A DNA stretch of 64,000 nucleotides from NCBI RefSeq assembly GCF_902713615.1, contig NC_052158.1:40105729-40169728 (forward strand), given 5' to 3'. This document shows, one piece after another, positions 14,270-25,187 of the stretch. This stretch comes from Scyliorhinus canicula (lineage: Eukaryota). Made by a program: the position numbers and the translations under genes. Position 1 is the first letter of the stretch, and each line of letters starts with the position of its first letter. The notes below the pieces were generated by a model that was not told where the DNA came from, did not search any database, and was given only the letters and a program-made list of their open reading frames with translations.

Positions 14270-15278
14270 AGGGTCAGGAGGGAGTGAAATTAGTCTGACA
14301 GGTTTAACAGTGTCTGGGAGGGTGAGACAGGGTCAGGAGGGGAGTGAAATTAGTCTGACAGGTTTAACAGTGTCTGGGAGGGTGAGACAGGGTCAGGAGG
14401 GAGTGAAATTAGTCTGACAGGTTTAACAGTGTCTGGGAGAGTGAGACAGGGTCAGGAGGGAGTGAAATTAGTCTGACAGGTTTAACAGTGTCTGGGAGAG
14501 TGAGACAGGGTCAGGAGGGAGTGAAATTAGTCTGACAGGTTTAACAGTGTCTGGGGGAGTGAGACAGGGTCTGGAGGGAGTGAAATTAGTCTGACAGGTT
14601 TAACAGTGTCTGGGAGGGTGAGACAGGGTCAGGAGGGAGAGAAATTAGTCTGACAGGTTTAACAATGTCTGGGAGAGTGAGACAGGGCCAGGAGGGGAGT
14701 GAAATTAGTCTGACAGGTTTAACAGTGTCTGGGAGAGTGAGACAGGGTCAGGAGGGAGTGAAATTAGTCTGACAGGTTTAACAGTGTCTGGGAGGGTGAG
14801 ACAGGGTCAGGAGGGAGTGAAATTAGTCTGACAGGTTTAACAGTGTCTGGGAGGGTGAGACAGGGTCAGGAGGGAGTGAAATTAGTCTGACAGGTTTAAC
14901 AGTGTCTGGGAGGGTCAGACAGGGTCAGGAGGGAGTGAAATTAGTCTGACAGGTTTAACAGTGTCTGGGAGGGTGAGACAGGGTCAGGAGGGAGTGAAAT
15001 TAGTCTGACAGGTTTAACAATGTCTGGGAGAGTGAGACAGGGTCAGGAGGGAGTGAAATTAGTCTGACAGGTTTAACAGTGTCTGGGAGAGTGAGACAGG
15101 GTCAGGAGGGAGTGAAATTAGTCTGACAGGTTTTAACAGTGTCTGGGAGAGTGAGACAGGATCAGGAGGGAGTGAAATTAGTCTGACAGGTTTTAACAGT
15201 GTCTGGGAGAGTGAGACAGGGTCAGGAGGGAGTGAAATTAGTCTGACAGGTTTAACAGTGTCTGGGAGGGTCAGACAG
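14270..15278. repeat. 59-bp intronic minisatellite, about 17 copies
   Basis: Unit CAGGGTCAGGAGGGAGTGAAATTAGTCTGACAGGTTTAACAGTGTCTGGGAGGGTGAGA. Confidence 0.97.
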
Positions 15279-15318
15279 GCATCACTACTGATGGGAGATT
15301 AATAAAATTTTCACTTAC

Positions 15319-15354
15319 AGAATCATGAACATTCTGGAACAGGTACATCAGAAG
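15319..15354 (-). pseudogene. Putative 36-bp class I cytoplasmic exon (TSDVPVPECS*)
   Basis: Strong polypyrimidine acceptor (TTTTTATTTTCTCAG) and GTAAGT donor; symmetric phase 1. Confidence 0.6.
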
Positions 15355-15499
15355 CTGAGAAAATAAAAATAGAATTTGAGAAATAGCAGAAAATATAAAA
15401 ACCGAGAGTGAGATTTTCTATATCACTCACTGGACCCAGGATTCAATCAGCTCCCAGCATTAACTGAACTGACTCACACATGGTAAGTGAGCACAGAGT

Positions 15500-16145
15500 G
15501 GGTGGAGGGTGAGGGAATGCAGGGTGAGGGAAGAGAGGGTGAGGGAGTGGAGGGTGGGAATGAAGGGTGAGGGAGTGGAGGGTAAGGGAGTGGAGGGTGA
15601 AGGAGGGTGAGGGAGTGGAGGGTGAGGGAGTGGAGCGTGAGGGATTGAAGGGTGAGGGAAGGGAGGGTGAGGGAGTGGAGGGTGAGAAAAGGGAGCGCGA
15701 GGGAGTTGAAGGTGAGGGAAGGGAGCATGAGGGAGTGGAGGGTGAGGGAGTGAAGGGTGAGGGAAGAGAGGGTGAAGGAGTGGAGGGTGGGAGTGAAGGG
15801 TGAGGGAAGAGAGGGTGATGGAGTGGAGGGTGGGTGAGGGAAGAGAGGGTAAAGGAGTGGAGGGTGAGGGAGTGGAGGGTGGGTGAGGGAAGAGAGGGTG
15901 AAGGAGTGGAGGGTGGGTGAGGGAAGAGAGGGTGAGGGAGTGGAGGGTGAGGGAGTGAATGGTGAGGGAGTGGAGGGTGAGGGAGTGGAGGGTGAGGGAG
16001 TGGAGGGTGAGGGAGTGGAAGGGTGAGGGAGTGAAGGGTGAGGGAGTGGAGGGTGAGGGAGTGGAGGGTGAGGGATTGAAGGGTGAGGGAAGGGAGGGTG
16101 AGGGAGTGAAGGCTGAGGAAAGGGAGCATGAGGGAGTGGAGGGTG
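15500..16145. repeat. G-rich GAGGGTGAGGGAGTG-type low-complexity tract
   Basis: Degenerate ~15-bp purine-rich units. The long ORFs here are artefacts. Confidence 0.9.
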
Positions 16146-16213
16146 ATTGATGGTCTCCCCATGGAACCCTTTGTTGTTCCAGGTGAATGTGATTCTATAC
16201 CTTTCAATCCCAT

Positions 16214-17090
16214 GGGCTGGATTCTCCGATTTTGCGGCTAAGTGCCGATGCCAGCATGGGAACTGTGATGTTTTATGACTCCAAAATCGGCTCCAAACCC
16301 TCATTGATTCTGGGACTAGTGAGGGGCCAGCAGCAGCGGCAGGCAAAACACCCAGCTCCAGTGCCAATAATGGCAGAAGAATAGCCAAGTTCGTGGCCGC
16401 GCATGCGCATGGCGATGACCTGCAGAGGTCGCAACATGGGGCAGGCCACGCGGACACAAAATGCCAGTTAGTGCCCCACTGGACCCCCCCTCGCTACCCC
16501 GGACCACCTCCCACATGTCCCCCCAGCCCTCACCAAAGCCACCCCGGTCAGCGGCACGGCAACTCCGACGACTATGTCAGCACTGGACACGGTCCGCAGC
16601 CGCCACACAAGGTTTATTTTTATAAATTTAGAGTACCCATTTTTTTTCCAATTAAGGGGCAATTTAGCGTGTCCAATCCACCTAGCCTGCACATCTTTTT
16701 GGGTTGTGGGGGCGAAACCCATGCAAACACGGGGGGAATGTGCAACCTCCACATGGATAGTGACCCAGAGCCAGGATCGAACCTGGGACGTCGACGCTGT
16801 GAGGCAGCAGGGCGAACCCTCTGGGCTACCGTGCTGCCCTTCCGCCACACGAGGTTAACGAAAACTAAGAGCACACGTGCCCCGCAAGGTCAGGAACTCG
16901 GCCCATCGGACGGAGCATCGGGCTAACGTCCTGAGGCCGTCCCAACAGCGTACGGCGTACTCCATGATGATGGCGTTTTGGAGGGCGTGGAGCATCCGAA
17001 AACAGGAGCCGCTCCCGATTCAGTCGTAAAAAGGGATTCACTGCCCGATCGCCGATTACAAAATCAGAATCGGCAAGCGGACAATTCCGC
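16214..17090. mobile_element. Non-autonomous Harbinger-type MITE-like element
   Basis: Left end GGGCTGGATTCTCCGATTTTG matches the 33800 element; degenerate right end CGGACAATTCCGC. Confidence 0.6.
16615..16841 (-). mobile_element. Short tRNA-head SINE with A-rich tail and ~15-bp TSD
   Basis: GGGCAGCACGGT head on the minus strand; flanking CCGCCACAC(A/G)AGGTT direct repeats at 16600-16614 and 16842-16856. Confidence 0.85.
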
Positions 17091-17133
17091 ATCATGTATT
17101 TCACTCACAACAATCTGTCCCTCAGTCACTTAC

Positions 17134-17166
17134 TGTGAGCTGTTGTGTACATCACACTCGGTGAAT
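17134..17166 (-). pseudogene. 33-bp class I cytoplasmic exon (DSPSVMYTTAH) with tyrosine
   Basis: TTTCACTTCTGCAG acceptor, GTAAGT donor, phase 1-1. A short Tyr-containing exon is typical after the class I TM exon. Confidence 0.7.
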
Positions 17167-17656
17167 CTGCAGAAGTGAAATAAATGTCAGTTAGAATGGG
17201 GAATAATCCATTATCAGAGAGTGAGAACACAACAAGTGTGAGGGAATGGAGATTGTGTGAGAAATACTCATTCCCACACTCCCCTCCATCCTTACACTTT
17301 ATGTAAATCCTGTAGATCTCTTCCATCCCATCCATATTCAGTAGGTGGGGATGTTAGTGGGTTTAATGATCAATATTAGACCTGGTGTGGGCTGATCACA
17401 CAAAGGAAGAACAGACAGGGAACAAGATGTGTTTATACGTGTATCTGTGTGGGAATTAAATCAGTTCATTCAACACAGTGTCCTGTACTCCCAGTACTGG
17501 GGATCCCTCCACACTTACTCTGTCCCCTCAGTTCTACATTCCCCTCTCTCTCTCTCTCCCCTCTCAGTGTCCTGTACTCCCAGTACTGGGGATTCCCCCA
17601 CACTCACTCTGTCCCCTCAGTTCTACATTCCCCTCTCTCTCCCCTCTCAGTGTCCT

Positions 17657-20600
17657 TGTGGTGAGATAACCACTGTAGTTATGTGTACTGCTGTAGGGGG
17701 ATGTATGCCTGTACCTGTAATACAGGTTCCTCCGGTCAGCCCCTGCCGGCTAGCTCCGCCCACAGGGAGCTTGTGTATAAATATGTATGAGAGCTGCTCA
17801 GACCCTCAGTCTACAGTTGCGGATGGAGGGACAACATCGTACAGCAATAAAGCCTCTATTGTACTAGTCTCTCGGCTTTGAGTATAATTGTTAGCGCCAC
17901 AATTTATTGCTGTACGATTTCCCAGTCACCATGGACATCAGAGTCAAGCCTGACCGTCTGCAGCTGGATCCACATTCGCCTCACGCCAGAAAAGACTTTG
18001 ATCACTGGCTCGCAGTCTTCGAGGCCTACATCTCTTCAGCAGACCCTCCCCCGACGGAGGCTCAGAAAAAGCAACTCCTGTACTCCAGACTTAGCTCCAG
18101 CGTCTTTCCGCTCATTCGAGATGCGACCGACTACACTGCAGCTATGGAACTGCTCAAGGAAAATTATGCACCATCGACGAACACCCTGTTTGCGAGGCAT
18201 CAACTTTCTACTCGCGTCCAACAGCCGGGTGAGTCGATTGAGGACTTCTGGAGGGCCCTTATACCTCTGGTACGAGACTGCGACTGCCGGGCCCTCACAG
18301 CCGCGGAACATTCGGATTTACTCATGCGCGATGCCTTCGTTACAGGCATTGCATCGGACCCCATCCGGCAACGACTGCTGGAAGGGGTCGCCCCCGACCT
18401 CGCGTCCGCAAAGGCCCTGGCGCTCTCCATGACGGCCGCCTCCCGTAGTGCGCACACTTACTCCGCTAGCCACTCGGCCCACCCGTCCTACCCCTCGTGG
18501 ACCCCGCAAACGGCTCCCCAGGCCCATCCGTCCCACCCCTCGTGGACCCCGCAAACGGCCCCCCCAGCAGCCGCCCCCGCGCACTATGCCTGCGCTGCCC
18601 GCCGCACCGCACCCCCTGGGGGTCCCCACTGTTACTTCTGTGGCCAACAGAAGCACCCTCGCCAACGCTGCCCGGCCCGCACAGCGACCTGCAAAGCTTG
18701 TGGCAAGAAAGGCCACTTTGCAGCGGTGTGTCAGTCCCGGACGGTCGCCGCTATCGCGCCGCCGGTCCCCACGCCTCAGCCGCTCCCTCAATGGGCCCTG
18801 CCGTCCGCTTCCCCCGACCCCACGTGCAATCAGTGGGCGCCGCCATCTTTTGCCGCCCCCGCCACGTGCGCCCCATGGGCGCCGCCATCTTCATCCACCA
18901 CAGCCATGTGCGTTCCATGGGCGCCGCCATTTTGTTCCGACCCCATAACGTGCGCTCCATGGATGCCGCCATTTTACCCACAGGTACTGCGGATGCCGCC
19001 ATCTCGTCTCCAGGGGCCGCCATCATGGGACACGGGTCGCTACCGCTCCTCGTCGGACTCATCTGACTCAACCGCCGACCAACCACTGCTCGCCTCCGTT
19101 ACGCTCGACCAGTCCCGTCCTCGCAACCTGGCACCCTCTTCCACATCGGTGCTGGTCAACGGCCATGTGACCTCCTGCCTCATCGAGTCCGGGAGCACCG
19201 AGAGCTTCGTCCACCCGGACACGGTAAGGCGCTATTCCCTTGCGATCCACCCCGCCGACCGGCAGATCTCCCTTGCCTCCGGTTCCCACTCTGTCCCGAT
19301 CCGGGGTTTCTGCCTGGTTAAACTCACTGTACAGGGTGTGGAATTCGACCGTTTCCGTCTGTACATTCTCCCCGACCTCTGCACTTCACTCCTACTAGGC
19401 CTGGATTTCCAGTGCAATCTCCAGAGCCTCACCCTCAAATTCGGTGGACCCTACCTCCCCTCACCGTTTGCGGCCTCGCGACCCTCAAGGTCGAGCCCCC
19501 CTCCCTCTTTGCCAATCTGACTGTGGATTGCAAGCCCGTCGCCACCAGGAGCAGACGGTACAGCACCCAGGACAAGGCCTTCATCAGGTCCGAAGTCCAG
19601 CGGCTGCTTCGGGAGGGTATCATCGAGGCCAGCAACAGCCCTTGGAGAGCCCAGGTGGTAGTGGTTAAGACCGGGGAGAAGCACAGGATGGTCGTGGACT
19701 ACAGCCAGACCATCAACCGGTACACGCAGCTCGACGCGTACCCCCTCCCCCGCATTTCTGATATGGTCAATCAGATTGCACAGTACCGGGTCTTCTCTAC
19801 TATTGACCTGAAATCCGCCTACCACCAGCTCCCCATCCGTAAATCGGACCGTCCCTACACTGCCTTTGAGGCGGACGGTCGTCTGTACCAATTTCTGAGG
19901 GTTCCCTTCGGCGTCACGAATGGGGTCTCGGTCTTTCAGCGAGAAATGGACCGAATGGTTGACCGGTACGAATTGCAGGCCACCTTCCCGTACCTCGACA
20001 ATGTCACCATCTGCGGCCATGACCAGCAGGACCATGATGCCAACCTTTATAAATTCCTCCACACCGCATCTCTCCTTAATCTCACGTACAACAAGGAGAA
20101 ATGCGTGTTCCGCACAGACCGCTTAGCCATCCTTGGCTACGTAGTCCAAGACGGACTACTGGGGCCCGATCCCGACCGCATGCGCCCTCTCATGGAGCTC
20201 CCAATTCCCCACTGCCCCAAGGCCCTCAAACGCTGCCTTGGGTTTTTCTCTTATTACGCCCAGTGGGTCCCGCAATACGCAGACAAGGCCCGGCCACTTA
20301 TCCAGTCCACACATTTTCCCCTCTCGGCCGAGGCACAACAGGCCTTCGCCTGCATTCGATCTGACATAGCCAGGGCGGGGATGCACGCCGTAGACGAGAC
20401 TCTGCCTTTCCAAGTAGAGAGCGACGCTTCAGATGTCGCCCTTGCCGCCACGCTGAATAAGGCCGGCAGACCCGTGGCATTCTTTTCACGCACCCTCCAC
20501 GCCTCCGAAATTCGGCATTCCTCTGTCGAAAAGGAAGCCCAGGCAATCGTTGAAGCGGTGCGGCACTGGAGGCATTACCTGGCCGGCAGGAGATTCACTC

Positions 20601-22273
20601 TCCTCACTGACCAACGGTCGGTAGCCTTCATGTTCAGCAACACGCAGCGGGGCAAGATCAAGAATGACAAAATCCTGCGGTGGAGAATCGAGCTCTCCAC
20701 CTTCAACTGCGAGATCTTGTATCACCCCGGCAAGCTCAACGAGCCCCCAGACGCCCTCTCCCGAGGTACATGTGCCAGTGCACAAGTGAACCAGCACCGT
20801 GCCTTGCACGACAGCCTTTGCCATCCGGGGGTCACCCGCTTGTACCATCTGATCAAAGCCCGCAATCTGCCCTACTCCGTCGAGGAAGTACGGACAGTCA
20901 CCAGAGACTGCCAGATCTGTGCGGAGTGCAAGCCGCACTTCTACCGGCCAGATCGCGCGCGCCTGGTGAAAGCATCCCGCCCCTTTGAACGCCTCAGCGT
21001 GGACTTCAAAGGGCCCCTTCCCTCTACCGACCGCAACACCTACATCCTTAGTGTGGTCGATGAATTTTCTAGGTTCCCCTTTGCCATCCCATGCCCAGAT
21101 ATGACGTCTGCCACCGTCATCAAGGCCCTGGATTCCATTTTCGCCCTGTTCGGTTTCCCCGACTATATCCACAGTGACAGGGGATCCTCATTCATGAGCG
21201 ATGAGCTGCGTCAGTTCCTGCTCAGCAGGGGTATCGCCTCCAGCAGGACGACCAGCTACAACCCCCGGGGAAACGGGCAGGTAGAGAGGGAGAACGGGAC
21301 GGTATGGAGGGCCGTCCAGCTGGCCCTACAGTCCAGGAACCTCCCAGCCGCTCGCTGGCAGCAGGTCCTCCTGACGCGCTCCATTCCATTCGGTCGCTAC
21401 TGTGCACCGCAACCAACAGTACACCCCATGAACGCGTTTTTGCCTTCCCTAGGAAGTCCACATCCGGAGTGTCGCTCCCGACTTGGCTCACGACTCCGGG
21501 CCCAGTCCTTCTCCGTAGGCATGTACGGCACCACAAGGCGGAACCCCTGGTGGACAAAGTACGCCTTCTCCACGCCAACCCTCAGTATGCCTACGTGGAG
21601 TTCCCCGACGGCCGCCAGGACACAGTCTCGCTCCGGGACCTGGCTCCCTCAGGTGCCGATCCCATGCCCACACCCCTTCCTGCGCCAACCCCAGCGCCCC
21701 CCTATTCGTCCCCATCAGGTCCATCCCTCATCCCCCTGCCCACCCTGGAGGACATGGAAGATTTCGGCTTGCTCTCGGAGTCATCCCGCCAGCAGCCAGC
21801 ACCAACACCGCCAGCACCTGCACCATCGGGGCCATCACCGCCTGTGCCGACGTCACCACCACAGCTACGCCGATCACAGCGGAACGTCCGACCACCGATT
21901 CGGCTCAACCTGTAACCTGCTAACCGGATGGACTCTTGATTTTCCTTGTTGGACCCTCTTGTAAATAGCATCCTTTGTATTACAGTTACATGTCACCCCC
22001 GCCGGACTCATTTTTTACAGGGGGTGAATGTGGTGAGATAACCACTGTAGTTATGTGTACTGCAGTAGGGGGATGTATGCCTGTACCTGTAATACAGGTT
22101 CCTCCGGTCAGCCCCTGCCGGCTAGCTCCGCCCACAGGGAGCTTGTGTATAAATATGTATGAGAGCTGCTCAGACCCTCAGTCTACAGTTGCGGATGGAG
22201 GGACAACATCGTACAGCAATAAAGCCTCTATTGTACTAGTCTCTCGGCTTTGAGTATAATTGTTAGCGCCAAA
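17657..22273 (+). mobile_element. Young, near-intact Ty3/Gypsy LTR retrotransposon (Mag-like architecture inferred)
   Basis: 245-bp LTRs (17657-17901, 22029-22273) with 2 differences; PPT ACAGGGGGGTGAA; gag with two zinc knuckles, PR, RT, RNase H, IN. Confidence 0.97.
17931..21915 (+). CDS. Gag-Pol polyprotein (about 1328 aa if two single-C deletions at 19449-19451 and 21370-21371 are restored)
   Basis: CYFCGQQKHPRQRC / CKACGKKGHFAAVC knuckles; LIESGS protease motif; RT PFG...YLDN; RNase H VESDAS; IN HPGV...CQIC, VDFKG, SDRG, GQVEREN. Confidence 0.9.
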
Positions 22274-23802
22274 CCCAGTACTGGGGATTCCCCCACACTC
22301 ACTCTGTCCCCTCAGTTCTACATCCCCCTCTCTCTCCCCTCTCAGTGTCCTGTACTCCCAGTACTGGGGATTCCCCCACACTCACTCTGTCCCCTCAGTT
22401 CTACATTCCCCTCTCTCTACCCTCTCAGTGTCCTGTACTCCCAGTACTGGGGATTCCCCACACTCACTCTGTCCCCTCAGTTCTACATTCCCCCCTCTCT
22501 CTCTCTCTCAGTGTCCTGTACTCCCAGTACTGGGGTTCCCCCCCCCCCCCCCCCCCCCACACACTCACTCTGTCCCCTCAGTTCTACATTCCCCTCTCTC
22601 TCCCCTCTCAGTGTCCTGTACTCCCAGTACTGGGGATTCCCCCCACACTCACTCTATCCCCTCAGTTCTACATTCCCCTCTCTCTCCCCTCTCAGTGTCC
22701 TGTACTCCCAGTACTGGGGATTCCCCCCACACTCACTCTGTCCCCTCAGTTCTACATTCCCCTCTCTCTACCCTCTCAGTGTCCTGTACTCCCAGTACTG
22801 GGGATTCCCCACACTCACTCTGTCCCCTCAGTTCTACATTCCCCTCTCTCTCTCTCCCCTCTCAGTGTCCTGTACTCCCAGTACTGGGGATCCCCCCACA
22901 CTCACTCTGTCCCCTCAGTTCTACATTCCCCCCCCTCTCTCTCTCCCCTCTCAGTGTCCTGTACTCCCAGTACTGGGGATCCCCCCACACTCACTCTGTC
23001 CCCTCAGTTCTACATTCCTCTCTCTCTCTCCCCTCTCAGTGTCCTGTACTCCCAGTACTGGGGATCCCCCCACACTCACTCTGTCCCCTCAGTTCTACAT
23101 TCCCCCCCCTCTCTCTCTCCCCTCTCAGTGTCCTGTACTCCCAGTACTGGGGATCCCCCCACACTCACTCTGTCCCCGCAGTTCTACATTCCCCCCTCTC
23201 TCTCTCTCCCCTCTCAGTGTCCTGTATTCCCATTACTGGGAATCCCCCACACTCACTCTGTCCCCTCAGTTCTACATTCCGCTCTCTCTCCCCTCTCAGT
23301 GTCCTGTACTCCCAGTACTGGGGATCCCCCCACACTCACTCTGTCCCCGCAGTTCTACATTCCCCTCTCTCTCCCCTCTCAGTGTCCTGTACTCCCAGTA
23401 CTGGGGATTCCCCCCACACTCACTCTGTCCCCTCAGTTCTACATTCCCCTCTCTCTCTCTCTCCCCTCTCAGTGTCCTGTACTCCCAGTACTGTGGATTC
23501 CCCACACTCACTCTATCCCCTCAGTTCTACATTCCCCTCTCTCTCCCCTCTCAGTGTCCTGTACTCCCAGTACTGGGGATCCCCCCACACTCACTCTGTC
23601 CCCTCAGTTCTACATTCCCCTCTCTCTCCCCTCTCAGTGTCCTGTACTCCCAGTACTGGGGATTCCCCCCACACTCACTCTGTCCCTCAGTTCTACATTC
23701 CCCTCTCTCTCTCTCTCCCCTCTCAGTGTCCTGTACTCCCAGTACTGGGGATTCCCCCACACTGTCCCCTCAGTTCTACGTTCACCTCTCTCTGATTCTT
23801 AC

Positions 23803-23891
23803 CTTTGTTTTCTTTTCCAGATGATTATTCCGAATATAACATCCAATCATAATTCCCATATAGGAGTATCCCCCACTGTTTCCTGGGAATT
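23803..23891 (-). pseudogene. Degenerate class I connecting-peptide/transmembrane exon (EFPGNSGG...VIFGIIIWKRKQ)
   Basis: CTTCAG acceptor and GTAAGA donor. The hydrophobic stretch with a basic stop-transfer motif appears only after a frameshift. Confidence 0.75.
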
Positions 23892-24349
23892 CTGAAGCAT
23901 GTGAATAATATGAGGATTGTCTCTCTGTTCCCGGATCCATTCCCAGGTCTGTGTTAATTGGGGACAATTTGAACTGAAGCCGCCCATTGGGAATTGATGG
24001 GATTGGTGGGAACGTTGGTTTTACACTCGCCCGATTTCACTCTCCAGTGAAGTCACTAAAGATTCCCATTGATGGGAGTGTCAAAGCCGTGTTTTCCCAA
24101 TCCCGTGGGTTACCTTCCCGGCCAGTTCAGTTCTAATTCTCCCCAATGTCTCTGTGTCCTGTCCTTGCTCAATCTCCAGGGTTACATTGTACGGCCCAGG
24201 AGGCAGCATCACTGTTGGGTTTCACATCAAACTTCAAAGGGATGAGGAATAAACTGACCACAGGAAACTGGGCTGAGCTGATAATGAGGAAAACAACAGA
24301 TAAACAGAACAAACGCTTCAAAAGAAGCACTTGGTACAATCCAACACAG

Positions 24350-24570
24350 AACCTCCTCCCCGTGTCTGCGTGAGTTTCCTCCGGGTACTCAGTTTCCTCC
24401 CACTGTCCAAACATGGTCAGGTTAGGTGGAGTTGCCCTGCTAAATTGCCCCTTTGTGCCCAAAGTTTGGGTGCAATCACAGGGATTGGGAATGGGTCTAT
24501 GCAGGGTGCTCTTTCAGACGGTCTGTGTAGACTTGATGGGCTGAATGGCCTGTTGGGATTTTATGAACTC
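24350..24570 (+). mobile_element. Older diverged SINE fragment (HE1/V-SINE-like core)
   Basis: CTCCCCGTGTCTGCGTGAGTTTCCTCCGGG...GGTTAGGTGG...GCTAAATTGCCCC core. Confidence 0.65.
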
Positions 24571-24792
24571 TCTGGGAAGGTGGGCTTGACGATTGGTTCC
24601 TGTTCTCATTCCTGATGCTCATGAATGGAATTGAGGTCAAAATAATCCATTATCTCATGAATCGTAAAACAGACTGAATAGACTGTACCTGTTCATATAT
24701 TTCGTGTAGACGTACACACACACACACACACACACACAGATGCATGCACATACATAATCACACACGTACATACATCCAGTCCAGTTCCTTAC

Positions 24793-25071
24793 CCCACTGA
24801 TGGAGCTTGGGCTCTGCCAGGCTGCTGTGTTCAATTTGACAGGAGTATTGATCCTCATCCCCAGCATTTATTTCAATCTCTTTCTGGATCTGATGGCTCC
24901 CATCGTGGTTCGGTCGAAGCCCCGAGGATTGTGTCTCAGACATTACCTCTCCATTCCTTAGCCAGGTCACCTCGATGTCTACAGGATAAAACCCAGTAAC
25001 CAGGCAGGAGAGAGTGAGCGGCTTGTACTGACTATTGGCCTCACTTCTGGAGATGAAGACTTCAGGCTGAA
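24793..25071 (-). pseudogene. Class I alpha3 (Ig C1) exon, open frame of 93 codons
   Basis: VQPEVFISR...LTLSCLVTGFYPVDIEVTWLRNG...YSCQIEHSSLAEPKLHQW; TTACAG acceptor, GTAAGG donor. Confidence 0.95.
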
Positions 25072-25187
25072 CTGTAATGGGAAAGGGTGAAAACACAAAC
25101 AATAGACAGACACTGAATGGAATGGGAGAACGGTTTGATAGATCAGTGAAGTTAGATCAGAACATGGATCAAAACTCAAATCAATAT

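Larger units (their letters stand above)
17474..23785. repeat. ~80-85-bp intronic minisatellite (17474-17656 and 22274-23785), split by a Gypsy insertion
   Basis: Unit CTCAGTGTCCTGTACTCCCAGTACTGGGGATTCCCCCACACTCACTCTGTCCCCTCAGTTCTACATTCCCCTCTCTCTCCCCT. The 500-aa ORFs are repeat translations. Confidence 0.97.

Noticed and set aside
15483-16182. Plus-strand GTAAGT donor and TTCCAG acceptor flanking the G-rich tract (possible antisense gene)
   Set aside because: The joined reading (MVNVILYLSIPW...) runs straight into a MITE, has no homology support, and such motifs occur by chance.
19412-19520. Programmed gag-pol ribosomal frameshift
   Set aside because: The shift falls after the protease, there is no slippery heptamer, and a paralogue has the extra C, so it is a single ORF with a deletion or sequencing error.
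22250-23895. Three overlapping ORFs of more than 500 aa
   Set aside because: All are translations of a stop-free minisatellite in three frames.
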